A stretch of 64,000 nt of DNA from an uncultured Puniceicoccaceae bacterium (GCA_963933835.1 CAWVVV010000003.1:192001-256000), one strand, 5' to 3'. Counted from the first letter of the stretch, positions 30,760 through 41,267 are shown. Notes: generated by a model not told the origin, from the sequence alone. Program-made: numbers and translations.

Positions 30760-30841
30760 TGGAGGGACCGGCTCCCGCCGGTCCGCTACGCTCACAATTC
30801 ACTTTATCCACGCCGCGGACAGGCAGGAGCCTGTCCCTCCA
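30760..30841. repeat. Inverted pair of GGAG-type REP hairpins (REPIN/BIME-like)
   Basis: ggag-ggaccggc-tccc-gccggtcc (30761-30784) and, on the minus strand, ggag-ggacaggc-tcct-gcctgtcc (30817-30840). Confidence 0.8.
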
Positions 30842-30930
30842 TTGTTCTTCTTCAGCGTTTAAAGGGACACAGGGCATGAGGAACCGCACGAATGGCCCCT
30901 GAATTCAAAGGCTGAAGGTATTAGAGAGAC

Positions 30931-30961
30931 AAAAAAGCCCGGCCAAAAATTGACCGGGCTT
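30931..30961 (-). terminator. Intrinsic terminator of sod
   Basis: A-tract plus the agcccgg..ccgggct stem. Confidence 0.75.
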
Positions 30962-30986
30962 GAAAAGCGAGATGTGATCGCAGCGC

Positions 30987-31619
30987 TTAAGCAGTCGCTG
31001 CTTGGTAGTTGGCTTCAACCGCCGACCAATTAACCACACTCCAGAAGGCCGAGATGTAATCTGGGCGGCGATTCTGATAGTTGAGATAGTAAGCGTGCTC
31101 CCATACGTCCAGTCCGAGGAGAGGCGTGCCTGAAATGCCCGCATAGGCATCACCCATCAATGGACTGTCCTGATTTGCGGTTGAGCCCACCGAGACAGAT
31201 CCATCGGAATTGGCCACGAGCCAAGCCCAACCACTGCCAAAGCACGTCGCGCCAGCAGCGGCAAAGGCTGCCTTAAACTTATCAAAGCTACCGAAGGCTG
31301 CGTTAATTTTCGCAGCAACCGCTCCAACGGGCTCTCCACCCGCATTCGGGCCAATGACCTTCCAAAAGAATGAGTGGTTTGCATGACCGCCTCCGTTATT
31401 CCGGACAGCGCCGCGAACTGCTTCAGGGAGCGCATCGAGATCTGAGATGAGCGCGTTAACATCAGACGGAGCGGCGATGCCAGCACCCGAAAGTGCATCG
31501 TTCACCTTGCCGATATAGGCGGCGTGGTGCTTCGAGTGATGGATTTCCATCGTTTTCGCATCAATGTGAGGCGCGAGCGCGTCGTATGCGTAGTCTAAAT
31601 CCGGTAGTGTGTATGCCAT
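30987..31619 (-). CDS. sodA: Superoxide dismutase [Mn/Fe], Mn-type signature
   Basis: [33 protein letters not shown]. Confidence 0.93.
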   Translation of the reverse strand: MAYTLPDLDYAYDALAPHIDAKTMEIHHSKHHAAYIGKVNDALSGAGIAAPSDVNALISDLDALPEAVRGAVRNNGGGHANHSFFWKVIGPNAGGEPVGAVAAKINAAFGSFDKFKAAFAAAGATCFGSGWAWLVANSDGSVSVGSTANQDSPLMGDAYAGISGTPLLGLDVWEHAYYLNYQNRRPDYISAFWSVVNWSAVEANYQAATA

Positions 31620-31704
31620 GTGGTCTATTGAGTTAGAGTTTGGTTTCGATTTCGAGAAATAACGTTAACGGAGACATAAAAGGGTCAAATGAGTGATGTG
31701 ATTT

Positions 31705-32625
31705 TCAATCCTGCCCCCCTTTTAACGCACTTAAGTCGACGGCCTTGCGTTCTCCACCGACGAAGTAGTGTAGCGCATCAAAGCCTTCTTCAGCCAAGGT
31801 CGGGATAACCTTGTCGAAAAAGCGCCCAACGGATTGCGGGGAGTGGGCATCGGATCCGATCGTCAGTTTAAGCCCCAGCTCTTGTCCCCAAGAGCGGATG
31901 ATAGGATCCGGGTGTTCGATCATCGGACCTTTCGCTCGTCCGCTCGTATTAACTTCCCAGCAGACATCGGCCTCGACCGCCGCTGAAATCGCTTCACGAA
32001 TGATCGACTCGTGGCGAAGTGGATCGAATTCACCGCGGATGGTTCCATATAACCGGATCACATCAGGGTGCGACATACTATGAAACAAACCCGTCGCAGC
32101 AGCATCCCGCAAAGTCTCGAAATAGGCAGTGATGAGTTCGTCATCGGTCTCAAAACCTCCGTTCAAAAACCAGTCGTGGTAGGCCGGCATGTGATGGTGC
32201 ACTGAGCCCAAAACAAAATCGAAGGGATGCAAAGTGAGTATCTCCCCGATCGCATCCTGTATCGCTGGATTTGGAAATACCTCTCCTTCGATACCACAGA
32301 GAACATCAACACCGAGCGCAGCGCCATACTCGCGCATCTCAGCGACTAGCTCTATATAAGCTGACAGTTCAGCTTCTCGCATCCGCATGCGACGCCCACC
32401 AAAGGTAAGATCATCAAATGGCATGTGACAGGTGAAACAGATGCGGCTCAGCCCCCGCTCAGCCGCTCGATCAACATACGTCTTTGGCGCGCCGATCGCA
32501 TGACCACACATCCACGTATGCATGTGGCAATCGAACCACGGAGTGTAGTCGAACTGAGAATCCTCAGACTCCACCTCGAACGGCGCGCGCGTCAGTTTTT
32601 GGTAGAGCTTGTTAATGAAATTCAT
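31705..32625 (-). CDS. PHP-family histidinol-phosphatase (HisJ/HisK-like)
   Basis: DCHMHT..CGHA, LGSVH, SHPD, EVNTSG, IGSDAH. Confidence 0.85.
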   Translation of the reverse strand: MNFINKLYQKLTRAPFEVESEDSQFDYTPWFDCHMHTWMCGHAIGAPKTYVDRAAERGLSRICFTCHMPFDDLTFGGRRMRMREAELSAYIELVAEMREYGAALGVDVLCGIEGEVFPNPAIQDAIGEILTLHPFDFVLGSVHHHMPAYHDWFLNGGFETDDELITAYFETLRDAAATGLFHSMSHPDVIRLYGTIRGEFDPLRHESIIREAISAAVEADVCWEVNTSGRAKGPMIEHPDPIIRSWGQELGLKLTIGSDAHSPQSVGRFFDKVIPTLAEEGFDALHYFVGGERKAVDLSALKGGQD

Positions 32626-32670
32626 ATTCGATGACAGAGACAGGATGAGAATAGATGAGCCTTGAGAAGC

Positions 32671-33159
32671 CTAGCGGTAGAGCAAGCAAACTGCCTGAGC
32701 TGACATTCCCAAACCACGACCGATATCTCCCAATCGTTCATGAGTCGTCGCCTTGATTCCGATAACGTCCGCCGGCAGTCCAAGCGTCTGAGACAAGCAT
32801 TGTTTCATCTCATCTAAATAGGGGGAGATTTTGGGGGCCTCGGCAACGAGCATGGCATCGAGATTTCCAATCGCCCACCCCAATGCAGCCACTTCTTCAG
32901 CACAGCGCTTCAAGATTACTTGGGAGTCAATCCCCTCAATCGACGCGTCCGTGTTTGGAAAATAGTGCCCGATATCAGGCAAACCGGCGGCTCCTAATAT
33001 AGCATCCGAGAGTGCGTGGGATAAGACATCCGCATCCGAGTGCCCCTCCAATCCAACCTCAGAGGGGATTTCGACACCGCCGAGCACAAGCCTACGCCCT
33101 GCTACGAGGCGGTGAACGTCGTAGCCTAGGCCGACACGAAATGGTATCTTATTGCTCAT
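32671..33159 (-). CDS. ispF: 2-C-methyl-D-erythritol 2,4-cyclodiphosphate synthase
   Basis: GYDVH, GHSDADV, DIGHYFP, KATT.E. Confidence 0.96.
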   Translation of the reverse strand: MSNKIPFRVGLGYDVHRLVAGRRLVLGGVEIPSEVGLEGHSDADVLSHALSDAILGAAGLPDIGHYFPNTDASIEGIDSQVILKRCAEEVAALGWAIGNLDAMLVAEAPKISPYLDEMKQCLSQTLGLPADVIGIKATTHERLGDIGRGLGMSAQAVCLLYR

Positions 33160-33854
33160 TATATTTTCGCAGAGTCCAGAAGGTGGGCGGCCCAAGCAAG
33201 GTCTTCCGGTCGAGTAATTTTAGGATTCGGGTATTCATTTTCAAAAATCGTCACTCCATGCCCAAGGCGAGCGACCGCAGCAGCATCGTCCGTCAAAAGG
33301 ACAGACCGATCTGAATAACCCTCCTCGATCAGCTCACGCCGAAAAATCTGTGGCGTCTCCATCGCCCAAATGCGCGAACGATCAAGATCCTCCAACACAA
33401 CTTGAGCCGTCGAGCCGTCGGCTGGAATCCGCTTAATCGTGTCCGTCACACGGCGTCCCACCACAACTGCACCATCCGCTCTAGTGAGTTCGAGGGCGGC
33501 TAGGATCGTGCCACTCGTTATAAGCGGCCGGGCACCATCATGGATCGCGACATAGGCGGCATCGGCCGAAAGCACAGCGAGCCCCGCCCTTACGCTGTCA
33601 GCTCGCTCTACCCCGCCCCGTGTAAAGGCCACATCGACAAGTTCCATCCCATCGACCAGGGCACGAATCGCCGTTTCTTGATCATCGTCACGGCAGACAA
33701 ATATAAAGCGGCTAAACGCCTTCGTTTCGACAAAGGCACGGATCGAACGGAGCAAGACAGGCATACCAGCGAGATCCGCCAATAGTTTGTCCTCAACCGC
33801 GCCCCGCATCCGTGTGCCAGAACCTCCCGCTAATAAAATGACTTCCGAGCTCAT
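33159..33854 (-). CDS. ispD: 2-C-methyl-D-erythritol 4-phosphate cytidylyltransferase
   Basis: LAGGSGTRM, R.DSV, IHDGARP, ETPQ, TDD, KIT.PED. Confidence 0.95.
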   Translation of the reverse strand: MSSEVILLAGGSGTRMRGAVEDKLLADLAGMPVLLRSIRAFVETKAFSRFIFVCRDDDQETAIRALVDGMELVDVAFTRGGVERADSVRAGLAVLSADAAYVAIHDGARPLITSGTILAALELTRADGAVVVGRRVTDTIKRIPADGSTAQVVLEDLDRSRIWAMETPQIFRRELIEEGYSDRSVLLTDDAAAVARLGHGVTIFENEYPNPKITRPEDLAWAAHLLDSAKI

Positions 33855-33920
33855 AAACGTGAATGACTTTGACCACTCAAACAGGCCGCGCAACCTTGCT
33901 TCGACCTTAGACGCGAAAGA

Positions 33921-34823
33921 ATGCAGCTCCTCACCGAACCCTTATCCCCTAGCCTCCAGCGAGAGTGCCCTGCAAAAATAAACCTCCGCTTAGCTGTGCT
34001 CGGGAAGCGTGAGGACGGTTACCACGACCTGTCTTCTATTGTCGCCCCGATCAGTCTCTACGACCGGCTTGAGGCCGAATGGCTCCAAGGCGACAAGCCC
34101 GACACGCTAAGTATCCCCAACAGTGACCTCGATCCTGGGGAGTCCAATTTAGTCACTCGGGCACTTCAGGCCTTTCGCGCCGCCTATCCATTTCCAGGGC
34201 ACCTCAAGACCACCTTGCGGAAAGCTATCCCAAGCGGCGCGGGCCTCGGTGGAGGGAGCAGCGATGCTGCAGGCATGCTCCTGCTCCTCCAAGAGATGTG
34301 GGGGGACCCGCTGAAAGGTGCAGAGTTAAAAGCCATCGCGACAAAACTCGGTGCGGATGTGCCCTTTTTCCTCGCATCGACAACCGCACTGATGCGTGGG
34401 ATCGGCGACGAGCTCACCTTGCTTCCCGAACTGCACGACAAGCTAAAGGACGCTAAACTCTTTATTTTCAAACCCTCGTTCGGTATCTCCACAGCCTGGG
34501 CATACAAAGCCCTCGCCGAGCATTCGGCTTATCAAGACGCGAGCACCGAAGAGGCTTTGCTCTCTGCCGCCCTCGCAGGGGGGTCACCCTTCAAGCAACT
34601 TCCCTTTAATGCCTTTCGACACGTTGCAGACCGACGATTCCCGACCTTGCCTGTCCTCCTCGAAAAACTTCAGTCTTCCTTTTCAGTGACTCCGGAAATG
34701 AGCGGCAGCGGCAGCGCCTGCTTCACAGCCTACACGTGTGAGGAAGAGTGGCAAAAGATGGAGCACATGGTTAAGGAAGCATGGGGGGAAACCGCCTTTT
34801 GCGAAAAAGTCCATGTCGTTTAA
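33921..34823 (+). CDS. ispE: 4-diphosphocytidyl-2-C-methyl-D-erythritol kinase
   Basis: PAKINL, DGYH, IPSGAGLGGGSSDAA, GADVPFF, MSGSGS. Confidence 0.95.
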   Translation: MQLLTEPLSPSLQRECPAKINLRLAVLGKREDGYHDLSSIVAPISLYDRLEAEWLQGDKPDTLSIPNSDLDPGESNLVTRALQAFRAAYPFPGHLKTTLRKAIPSGAGLGGGSSDAAGMLLLLQEMWGDPLKGAELKAIATKLGADVPFFLASTTALMRGIGDELTLLPELHDKLKDAKLFIFKPSFGISTAWAYKALAEHSAYQDASTEEALLSAALAGGSPFKQLPFNAFRHVADRRFPTLPVLLEKLQSSFSVTPEMSGSGSACFTAYTCEEEWQKMEHMVKEAWGETAFCEKVHVV

Positions 34824-34937
34824 TTTCCTTGCCAACAAACGGCTAACTGCCTCCGGTGACCATCGGCTGTGTCGCTCTAGGCCTCCATCCCGATTGACGC
34901 GCTCACTAGAGCCTGTAAGCCTTTCCTACACGTCACC

Positions 34938-36698
34938 TTGCGAAATTCTAACGAAGAAATTGTGGTTCAAGGCATCGCTGCTTCCCCGGGAGTTGCGGTG
35001 GGCTCAGCCTGTGTCCTCTTAAAAAGCGAGTTAGAGATTCCCAAACACGAGGTTGCCCCAGAACATCGGGAAGACGAAATCGCTCGCTTCGAGGCTAGCC
35101 TCATGGAGACGCGACGGCAGATCAGTGAAATCCGCGCCGAGGTCGCTGAAAAAGTAGGCGAGAGTGAAGCGGCCATTTTCGACGCGCACCAACTCGTCCT
35201 CGAAGACCGAGCACTTATAGAAGAAGCGGTACGCGAAGTCGTGGAAGGCGGCTACAATATCGAGTATAGCTTCCACCGCGTCGCCAACCGCTATATTGAA
35301 GCCTTCTCGCAGATTGAGGACGAATACATCAAAGAGCGGGCCTCAGACATCAAAGACGTTACCCGGCGCCTCCTCTCAAATTTGATCGGGCGACAAGATG
35401 TCGTCATCGATGCAAGCCGCGCCACTGACATCATCGTCGCGGACGACGTCTCTCCATCCGAAGCCTCTCAGTTAGACCACGCTTCCCTCAAAGCAATCGC
35501 GACCGACCACGGAAGCCGAAACAGCCACACCGTAATCATGGCTCGATCGATGGGGGTCCCATGCGTGATCGGGCTCAAGGATCTGACAAGCCGCATCCAG
35601 CCGGAAGATGAAATCCTCGTCGATGGTTTTGACGGAATCGTCATTATCAATCCATCCGAGTCGTCACGCTACAAATACGGCCAGCTTCAGATCGAGCGTG
35701 ACCGCGTCACGAAGGTTTTTACCGACTCCAAATACGAGCCCGCCGCTACAAGCGATGGAACCGAATATCAGGTCATGCTCAATATCGAGGGGCACGAAAC
35801 CACAGAGCAGCTTCAAAGCAGCGGAGCTGGAGGGATCGGCCTTTTCCGGACCGAGAACCTGTTTCTCGGCCGCAAAGACTTCCCCGATGAAGAAGAGCAG
35901 TATGCGATCTACAAACGGGTCGCCGAGGCCGTTTCTCCGAAACCCGTCACGATCCGCACGCTCGACCTCGGTGGAGATAAAAACCCGCACAACAGTCTCT
36001 ACGGATATTCCGAGGCAAACCCATTCATGGGATACCGTGCGATTCGTTTTTGCTTAGATCATCCTACCGTTTTCAAAGCCCAGCTGAGGGCCATCTTGCG
36101 GGCCAGTGCGCACGGTAACATCCGCGTGCTCTACCCCATGATTGCTAGCTGCGAGGAACTGGTAAAAGCCAACTTCCTGCTCGAAGAGTGTAAAGAAGAG
36201 CTCAAGAGCGAAGGTGTCGCTTACGATGCTGAGATCGCGCGCGGATGTATGATCGAGATCCCTAGCGCCGCTGTCATCACTGACCTCCTCGCCGAGCACT
36301 GTGACTTTTTTAGCATCGGAACGAACGACCTCGTCCAGTATCTGCTCGCGGTTGATCGCGTGAACGAGCGGATCGCACACCTTTACAACCCTTGCCAACC
36401 TGCCGTATTGCGCTCGCTGAGCTTCATCTTTGCCTCCAGCCATCGAAAAAAGAAACCCGTCTCCGTCTGTGGAGAAATGGCCGGCGACCCCCTCTATGCT
36501 CCCCTCCTCCTCGGCCTAGGAGCGGACGAGCTCAGCGTTTCTCAAAGCTCCGTCGCTGAGGTTAAGTTCCTCATCCGCAAGCTATCCAAAGACAAACTCG
36601 TCGAAATCGCGAAAGAGCTCCAACATATGACGGATTCTGAGCTGATCGAGAAACGCCTCCTCGAGATCCACGATCAACTGGTTGCCGACGCCGTCTAA
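34938..36698 (+). CDS. ptsI: PEP-protein phosphotransferase (PTS enzyme I, no GAF domain)
   Basis: SHTVIMAR phospho-His, GIGLFRTE, RTLDLGGDK, EANPFMG.R, SIGTNDL, CGEMAGD. Confidence 0.95.
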   Translation: MRNSNEEIVVQGIAASPGVAVGSACVLLKSELEIPKHEVAPEHREDEIARFEASLMETRRQISEIRAEVAEKVGESEAAIFDAHQLVLEDRALIEEAVREVVEGGYNIEYSFHRVANRYIEAFSQIEDEYIKERASDIKDVTRRLLSNLIGRQDVVIDASRATDIIVADDVSPSEASQLDHASLKAIATDHGSRNSHTVIMARSMGVPCVIGLKDLTSRIQPEDEILVDGFDGIVIINPSESSRYKYGQLQIERDRVTKVFTDSKYEPAATSDGTEYQVMLNIEGHETTEQLQSSGAGGIGLFRTENLFLGRKDFPDEEEQYAIYKRVAEAVSPKPVTIRTLDLGGDKNPHNSLYGYSEANPFMGYRAIRFCLDHPTVFKAQLRAILRASAHGNIRVLYPMIASCEELVKANFLLEECKEELKSEGVAYDAEIARGCMIEIPSAAVITDLLAEHCDFFSIGTNDLVQYLLAVDRVNERIAHLYNPCQPAVLRSLSFIFASSHRKKKPVSVCGEMAGDPLYAPLLLGLGADELSVSQSSVAEVKFLIRKLSKDKLVEIAKELQHMTDSELIEKRLLEIHDQLVADAV

Positions 36699-36721
36699 GT
36701 AAGTTGCCTCTTTAAAAGCGA

Positions 36722-37198
36722 ATGCCGTCGAAATCGCAGGTCATTGTAGTTTGCACTGGAAACAGCTGCCGCAGCCCCATGGGCGAACGACTTCTCGCAC
36801 ACGCCCTCGATGCCGAAGCCTCACCTCTAAAGGAAATCGAGGTGATTTCAGCCGGAGTCTCCGCCTTCCCAGGCGATCCCGCTTCTGCAAACTCGATCAA
36901 AGCACTCGAAAAGGTTGGGCTCGACCTGACGGACCACCGAACCCGCTCCTTCACCTCCTATTTATTAGAAAATACCGTCGCGATTTTTGTCATGACGGAA
37001 GGGCATCGCGCCATCATCGAGCGAAGTTTCCAAGAGCTCGAGCTACCGCCCGTCCTACTCTTTCGCGAACTAATGGACGGAGCAACAGACGTCCCAGATC
37101 CCTTTGGAGCGCACCTTGGAGCCTACATCGAAACTCGCGACGCGCTCGCCGAGGCTACCCCTTCACTCGTCAGCTGGTTGAAGAAAAACGTGCAGTGA
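36722..37198 (+). CDS. Low-molecular-weight protein Tyr/Arg phosphatase
   Basis: VCTGNSCRSPM P-loop, DVPDPFG. Confidence 0.92.
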   Translation: MPSKSQVIVVCTGNSCRSPMGERLLAHALDAEASPLKEIEVISAGVSAFPGDPASANSIKALEKVGLDLTDHRTRSFTSYLLENTVAIFVMTEGHRAIIERSFQELELPPVLLFRELMDGATDVPDPFGAHLGAYIETRDALAEATPSLVSWLKKNVQ

Positions 37199-37219
37199 CG
37201 TCGGCTTACCTAGGAGCGT

Positions 37220-38044
37220 CTATTTGAGCTCCACGACGATTGCCGTCAGGTTATCGCGACCCGATGCAGCGATGCCCTCCTTAATCAGGCGATCCGCTGC
37301 CACTTCATCAACGAGCCACGGCGGAGGCGTCCGCACAAGCGACTCGATGGACCGCTCGGAAAGACCGTCCGTAACCCCATCGCTGCAGAGAACAAGTTGG
37401 TCGCCCGGCTCATATTCGATCGCGCCAAGCTGAGGCGTAACGGTCGCCTGACCTCCACCTAAGACCTGCTGAAGCAAGTTTCGCCGAGGATGATAACGTG
37501 CTTCTGACGCGGTGATCTTACCTTGCTTCACCAGCCATGCTACGTGGGTGTGATCGGTTGAGGCCTGACGAATGCCTCCCGCCGAGGGCAAAAAGTAGAG
37601 GCGGCTATCGCCGACATGAGCAAAAAAGATTTTCTCCGGCGTCACCCAGCAAAGCGTCAAGGTCGCGCCCATCCCCTTCGTTTCCTCATAGGCGCTTCCC
37701 TGAAAGCGCATCTCGGCATGAATCTGCTCAAAAAGCGCCTCTAGAAAATCATGCCCACCGCGTTGGAAGCCGGCGGCCGCAAGCTTGAAGCTACTCTGCA
37801 TCAGCTCTGTGATCTTTCGCACCGCGATGCGACTAGCGAACTCGCCGGCATTCGCCCCGCCCATGCCATCACTCACCGCAAAGACGCAGTCGCCTTCGCC
37901 TAGGTTCGTGCTCCCTTCTTTCCCTAAGTAGCGAACCTCCTCACTATCAAAAGTCAGGGCGAGAAAAGCGTCTTCATTGTTTTTGCGAAACTTTCCTGGG
38001 TGCGACCAACCTGACCACGAGACTTCAATCGATTTTTCAGTCAT
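37220..38044 (-). CDS. PP2C-family Ser/Thr phosphatase
   Basis: R..NED, SDGMGG, GATLT, HVGDSRLY, CSDG, DNLT. Confidence 0.93.
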   Translation of the reverse strand: MTEKSIEVSWSGWSHPGKFRKNNEDAFLALTFDSEEVRYLGKEGSTNLGEGDCVFAVSDGMGGANAGEFASRIAVRKITELMQSSFKLAAAGFQRGGHDFLEALFEQIHAEMRFQGSAYEETKGMGATLTLCWVTPEKIFFAHVGDSRLYFLPSAGGIRQASTDHTHVAWLVKQGKITASEARYHPRRNLLQQVLGGGQATVTPQLGAIEYEPGDQLVLCSDGVTDGLSERSIESLVRTPPPWLVDEVAADRLIKEGIAASGRDNLTAIVVELK

Positions 38045-38481
38045 ACTTTGCGCTCCCAGTCTCCATCGTGTGTCGCTTCAACTTCTGCGAGAGTAAGCCC
38101 TTCGCCCGTTGAAAGAATGGTCGAAAACTCAAAATCGATCAGGCAAAAGCGGCCTTGGCGGGCGTCATATGTGACATTTCTTAAGAAGGCATCTTCATGG
38201 CGGACGCCAAATTGTTCCAGTTCAGCAAAAAGATTCTTCAGTTTTTCCTCCGAAAGCTTCCCCGCCATTTTCCCGCAATTTGTCGTAATGATCGTCAATG
38301 TCGGCTCATCGACATCGAGCAGCTTCGGCACAAAACCACAGCCATGCCGCTCTAAATAGCGCAATGCGCGGACTTCGTTCGCGAACCGAGCCTCCGCACA
38401 TGGCCCATGATACCGCTTCCTCACCCGACCATCATAGGTGATATGTACCGTGGCCTGCTTAGTATTTTTGATCTCTCGCAT
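38041..38481 (-). CDS. Minimal protein-kinase-like protein (146 aa)
   Basis: VRK..NEVRAL, VPKLL, HED..RN, LIDFEFS; ATGA overlap with the PP2C gene. Confidence 0.7.
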   Translation of the reverse strand: MREIKNTKQATVHITYDGRVRKRYHGPCAEARFANEVRALRYLERHGCGFVPKLLDVDEPTLTIITTNCGKMAGKLSEEKLKNLFAELEQFGVRHEDAFLRNVTYDARQGRFCLIDFEFSTILSTGEGLTLAEVEATHDGDWERKV

Positions 38482-38518
38482 GTATATTTTTAGCCAACTA
38501 GGGTCGAATATGATTGAT

Positions 38519-38534
38519 TGGTCCGGTAGCTGCT
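38519..38534 (+). promoter_or_regulatory. Candidate sigma-54 (-24/-12) promoter of glnII
   Basis: tGGtccggtagctGCt has GG-N10-GC spacing about 80 nt upstream of the start; an NtrC-like gene is adjacent. Confidence 0.35.
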
Positions 38535-38614
38535 GAATCTTAGTCGACTGCTGGACCAATCCTCCCGAATTGTCTCCGCTTCATTTAACAAAGACCCTAG
38601 ATACCCAAAAGAAA

Positions 38615-39628
38615 ATGTCTAAATACAAGCTCGAGTATATCTGGTTGGATGGCTACCAACCTGTTCCTAATCTTCGTGGCAAGACCCGCATTGCGAGTAA
38701 AGCCCCCAAAAGCCTCGCCGACCTCCCTGAGTGGGGATTTGACGGCAGCTCCACACAACAAGCTGATGGTGGAGACTCGGACTGTATCCTGAAGCCGGTT
38801 GCTTTCTACCCAGATGATGGACGCGACAATGGCTACATCGTCATGTGTGAAGTCATGCTTCCAAATGGTGATGCGCATCCAAGCAACTACCGCGCAACGA
38901 TCGTCGATGACGAAGACACATGGTTCGGCCTTGAGCAGGAATACTTCCTCTATCAAGACGGGCGCCCTCTCGGCTGGCCTGAAGAAGGGTTCCCCGCACC
39001 ACAGGGTGAATACTACACCGGTGTTGGCTTTGAAGCTGTTGGTTCGATCGCTCGTGCCATCGTCGAAGAGCACCTCGACCTCTGCCTCGCAGCAGGCATC
39101 AACCACGAAGGCATCAATGCTGAAGTGGCTAAAGGCCAGTGGGAATTCCAAGTCTTCGCTAAGGGTTCTAAGAAGTGCGCAGACGACATCTGGGTTTCGC
39201 GCTATATCCTCAATCGCCTCTGCGAAAAATACGAAATCTCAGTCAACTACGACTGTAAGCCTTTCGACGGCGACTGGAACGGTTCCGGTATGCACTGTAA
39301 CTTCTCCACGAAATTCATGCGTGAAACAGGTGGTAAAGACTACTTCCTCAAGCTCATGGATGCCTTCGAGAAGAATACCGACGAGCACATCGCTGCCTAC
39401 GGCCCAGACAATCACCTCCGTCTCACTGGTCTCCACGAGACTCAGTCGATCGACAAGTTCAGCTGGGGCATTGCTGACCGCGGTGCATCTGTCCGTGTTC
39501 CACATGCCTTCGTTAAGGATGATGCATACCAAGGTTACCTCGAAGATCGTCGTCCGAACTCGAAGGGTGATCCCTACCAAATCTGCTCACGCGTTCTCAA
39601 GACGATCGCTGAAGTTTCTACGAGCTAG
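38615..39628 (+). CDS. glnII: Glutamine synthetase type II
   Basis: 337 aa; EYIWLDG, WGFDGSST, GLEQEY, INAEVAKGQWE, DWNGSGMH, RLTGLHET, GYLEDRRP. Confidence 0.93.
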   Translation: MSKYKLEYIWLDGYQPVPNLRGKTRIASKAPKSLADLPEWGFDGSSTQQADGGDSDCILKPVAFYPDDGRDNGYIVMCEVMLPNGDAHPSNYRATIVDDEDTWFGLEQEYFLYQDGRPLGWPEEGFPAPQGEYYTGVGFEAVGSIARAIVEEHLDLCLAAGINHEGINAEVAKGQWEFQVFAKGSKKCADDIWVSRYILNRLCEKYEISVNYDCKPFDGDWNGSGMHCNFSTKFMRETGGKDYFLKLMDAFEKNTDEHIAAYGPDNHLRLTGLHETQSIDKFSWGIADRGASVRVPHAFVKDDAYQGYLEDRRPNSKGDPYQICSRVLKTIAEVSTS

Positions 39629-39656
39629 TAGCGTTCTCAAAGCAGACCACTATTTC

Positions 39657-39689
39657 AAAGCGCTCTCCGTTTCGGAGGGCGCTTTTTTT
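39657..39689 (+). terminator. Intrinsic terminator of glnII
   Basis: aaagcgctctccg-ttt-cggagggcgc followed by T7. Confidence 0.9.
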
Positions 39690-39713
39690 GTACGCCGCAT
39701 GAGGCTTCAAGGT

Positions 39714-41267
39714 CTACGAAAGCTTGAGATTGTACTGCTCGATGCGCTTACGCAGCGTAGCCCGAGTGATACCAAGCAGAGCACTCGCCTTCACTTGATT
39801 CCCCTCCGTCTCCTTTAGAACACGCACCAACATGGCACGCTCCAAAGTCGGCAAAATTGGATCTTCGACCTGCTCGCGCACTGAGGCGTAAAGCAAATCG
39901 TAGACGCCTTCGAGATCGAGCTCTGCGCCGGCAGACTTCACCGACCCATCGGACACGTTCCCAGTCGGTATGGTCGAAGTAAGCTCCTGAGCCGCAGCGC
40001 TATCAGCACTTTCGGGTTTCAATTCAACCTGCTTCGCTTCTGCTGATGAAGCGGAGGTAGGCCCCTTTTTCGCGTTCACCACTGTGACCAGCTCGATCGG
40101 TAGATCGGAAGCAAGAATGCTATCTCCTTTGGCCATGACGGCAGAACGCTGAATTACATTTTCCAACTCGCGCACATTGCCAGGCCATGGGTAAGTGCAC
40201 AGGATATCGAGGGCATCCGATGACACCTGCCGCACCTTCGTCTTCCGTGACTTCTGCATGCGCTGGAGCATGAAATCAATCAGCGACGGGATATCGGAAG
40301 AGCGCTCCCAAAGCGAAGGCAAGCGAACCCGCATGACGTTCAGGCGGTAGTAAAGATCTTCGCGAAAAGTCTTTTTATCGACCATCTTTTCAAGGTCTTT
40401 GTTTGTCGCCGCAATGACGCGCACATCAACTTTGATCGGCTCGGAGCCACCCACGCGTTGAATTTCTCCCTCCTGAAGCGCGCGCAAAATCTTCGTCTGT
40501 GTCGAAAGCTCCATATCCCCGATTTCATCAAGAAAGAGGGTTCCGCCATCGCACTGTTCGAAACAACCACGGCGCTGCTGAGTCGCACCTGTGAATGAGC
40601 CTTTCTCGTGACCAAAGAGCTCGCTCTCGATCAGGTTCTCGGGAATCGCGGCACAATTCACCGCCATGAACGGATTGGCTGACCGGTGGCTGTGTTGCCA
40701 GATCGCCCGAGCGATAAGTTCTTTACCTGTTCCGCTCTCGCCCGTGATTAAAACCGTGACCTCGCTCACCGCGACTTGGCCGATCGCCTTAAAAACTTCC
40801 TGCATCGGCTCGGACTGACCGACGATGCCCTCCTTATAGTCCTCACTGTTCAGGAGCGGCGTGTAAGAGCCCTTCGACTCTACCAAGTCCCGGTGCGATG
40901 CGACCGCTTTTTCTACAAGTTCGAGAACTTTGCTCACATCAAAGGGTTTGATGATGTAATCGAAGGCGCCAAACTTCATTGCTTCGATCGCCGTCTGGGT
41001 CGTCCCAAAGGCCGTCATGAGGATGGTCATCGACTGTGGTGATGCCGAGCGCAGATGCTGAAGCGTCTCGATGCCGCCCATGCCCTCCATCCGATTATCA
41101 AGGAAGATGACCATTGGGTGCAGCTTCTCAGCAACTTTTATACCCTCCTCACCGCTGCTGGCGGTGGTGACTTGATAAGAGCGCGAAGCAAGAACACGCT
41201 CTAGGGAGTATCGTATCTCGGAATCATCGTCGATGATGAGGATCGTCGTATCAGCGGGGGAGCTCAT
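39714..41267 (-). CDS. Sigma-54-dependent response regulator (NtrC family)
   Basis: Receiver domain, [38 protein letters not shown], Fis-type HTH. Confidence 0.93.
   Translation of the reverse strand: MSSPADTTILIIDDDSEIRYSLERVLASRSYQVTTASSGEEGIKVAEKLHPMVIFLDNRMEGMGGIETLQHLRSASPQSMTILMTAFGTTQTAIEAMKFGAFDYIIKPFDVSKVLELVEKAVASHRDLVESKGSYTPLLNSEDYKEGIVGQSEPMQEVFKAIGQVAVSEVTVLITGESGTGKELIARAIWQHSHRSANPFMAVNCAAIPENLIESELFGHEKGSFTGATQQRRGCFEQCDGGTLFLDEIGDMELSTQTKILRALQEGEIQRVGGSEPIKVDVRVIAATNKDLEKMVDKKTFREDLYYRLNVMRVRLPSLWERSSDIPSLIDFMLQRMQKSRKTKVRQVSSDALDILCTYPWPGNVRELENVIQRSAVMAKGDSILASDLPIELVTVVNAKKGPTSASSAEAKQVELKPESADSAAAQELTSTIPTGNVSDGSVKSAGAELDLEGVYDLLYASVREQVEDPILPTLERAMLVRVLKETEGNQVKASALLGITRATLRKRIEQYNLKLS

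Noticed and set aside
38799..39818. 339-aa alternative-frame ORF over glnII
   Set aside because: Ser/Thr/Arg-rich shadow frame caused by codon bias, and it runs through the terminator.
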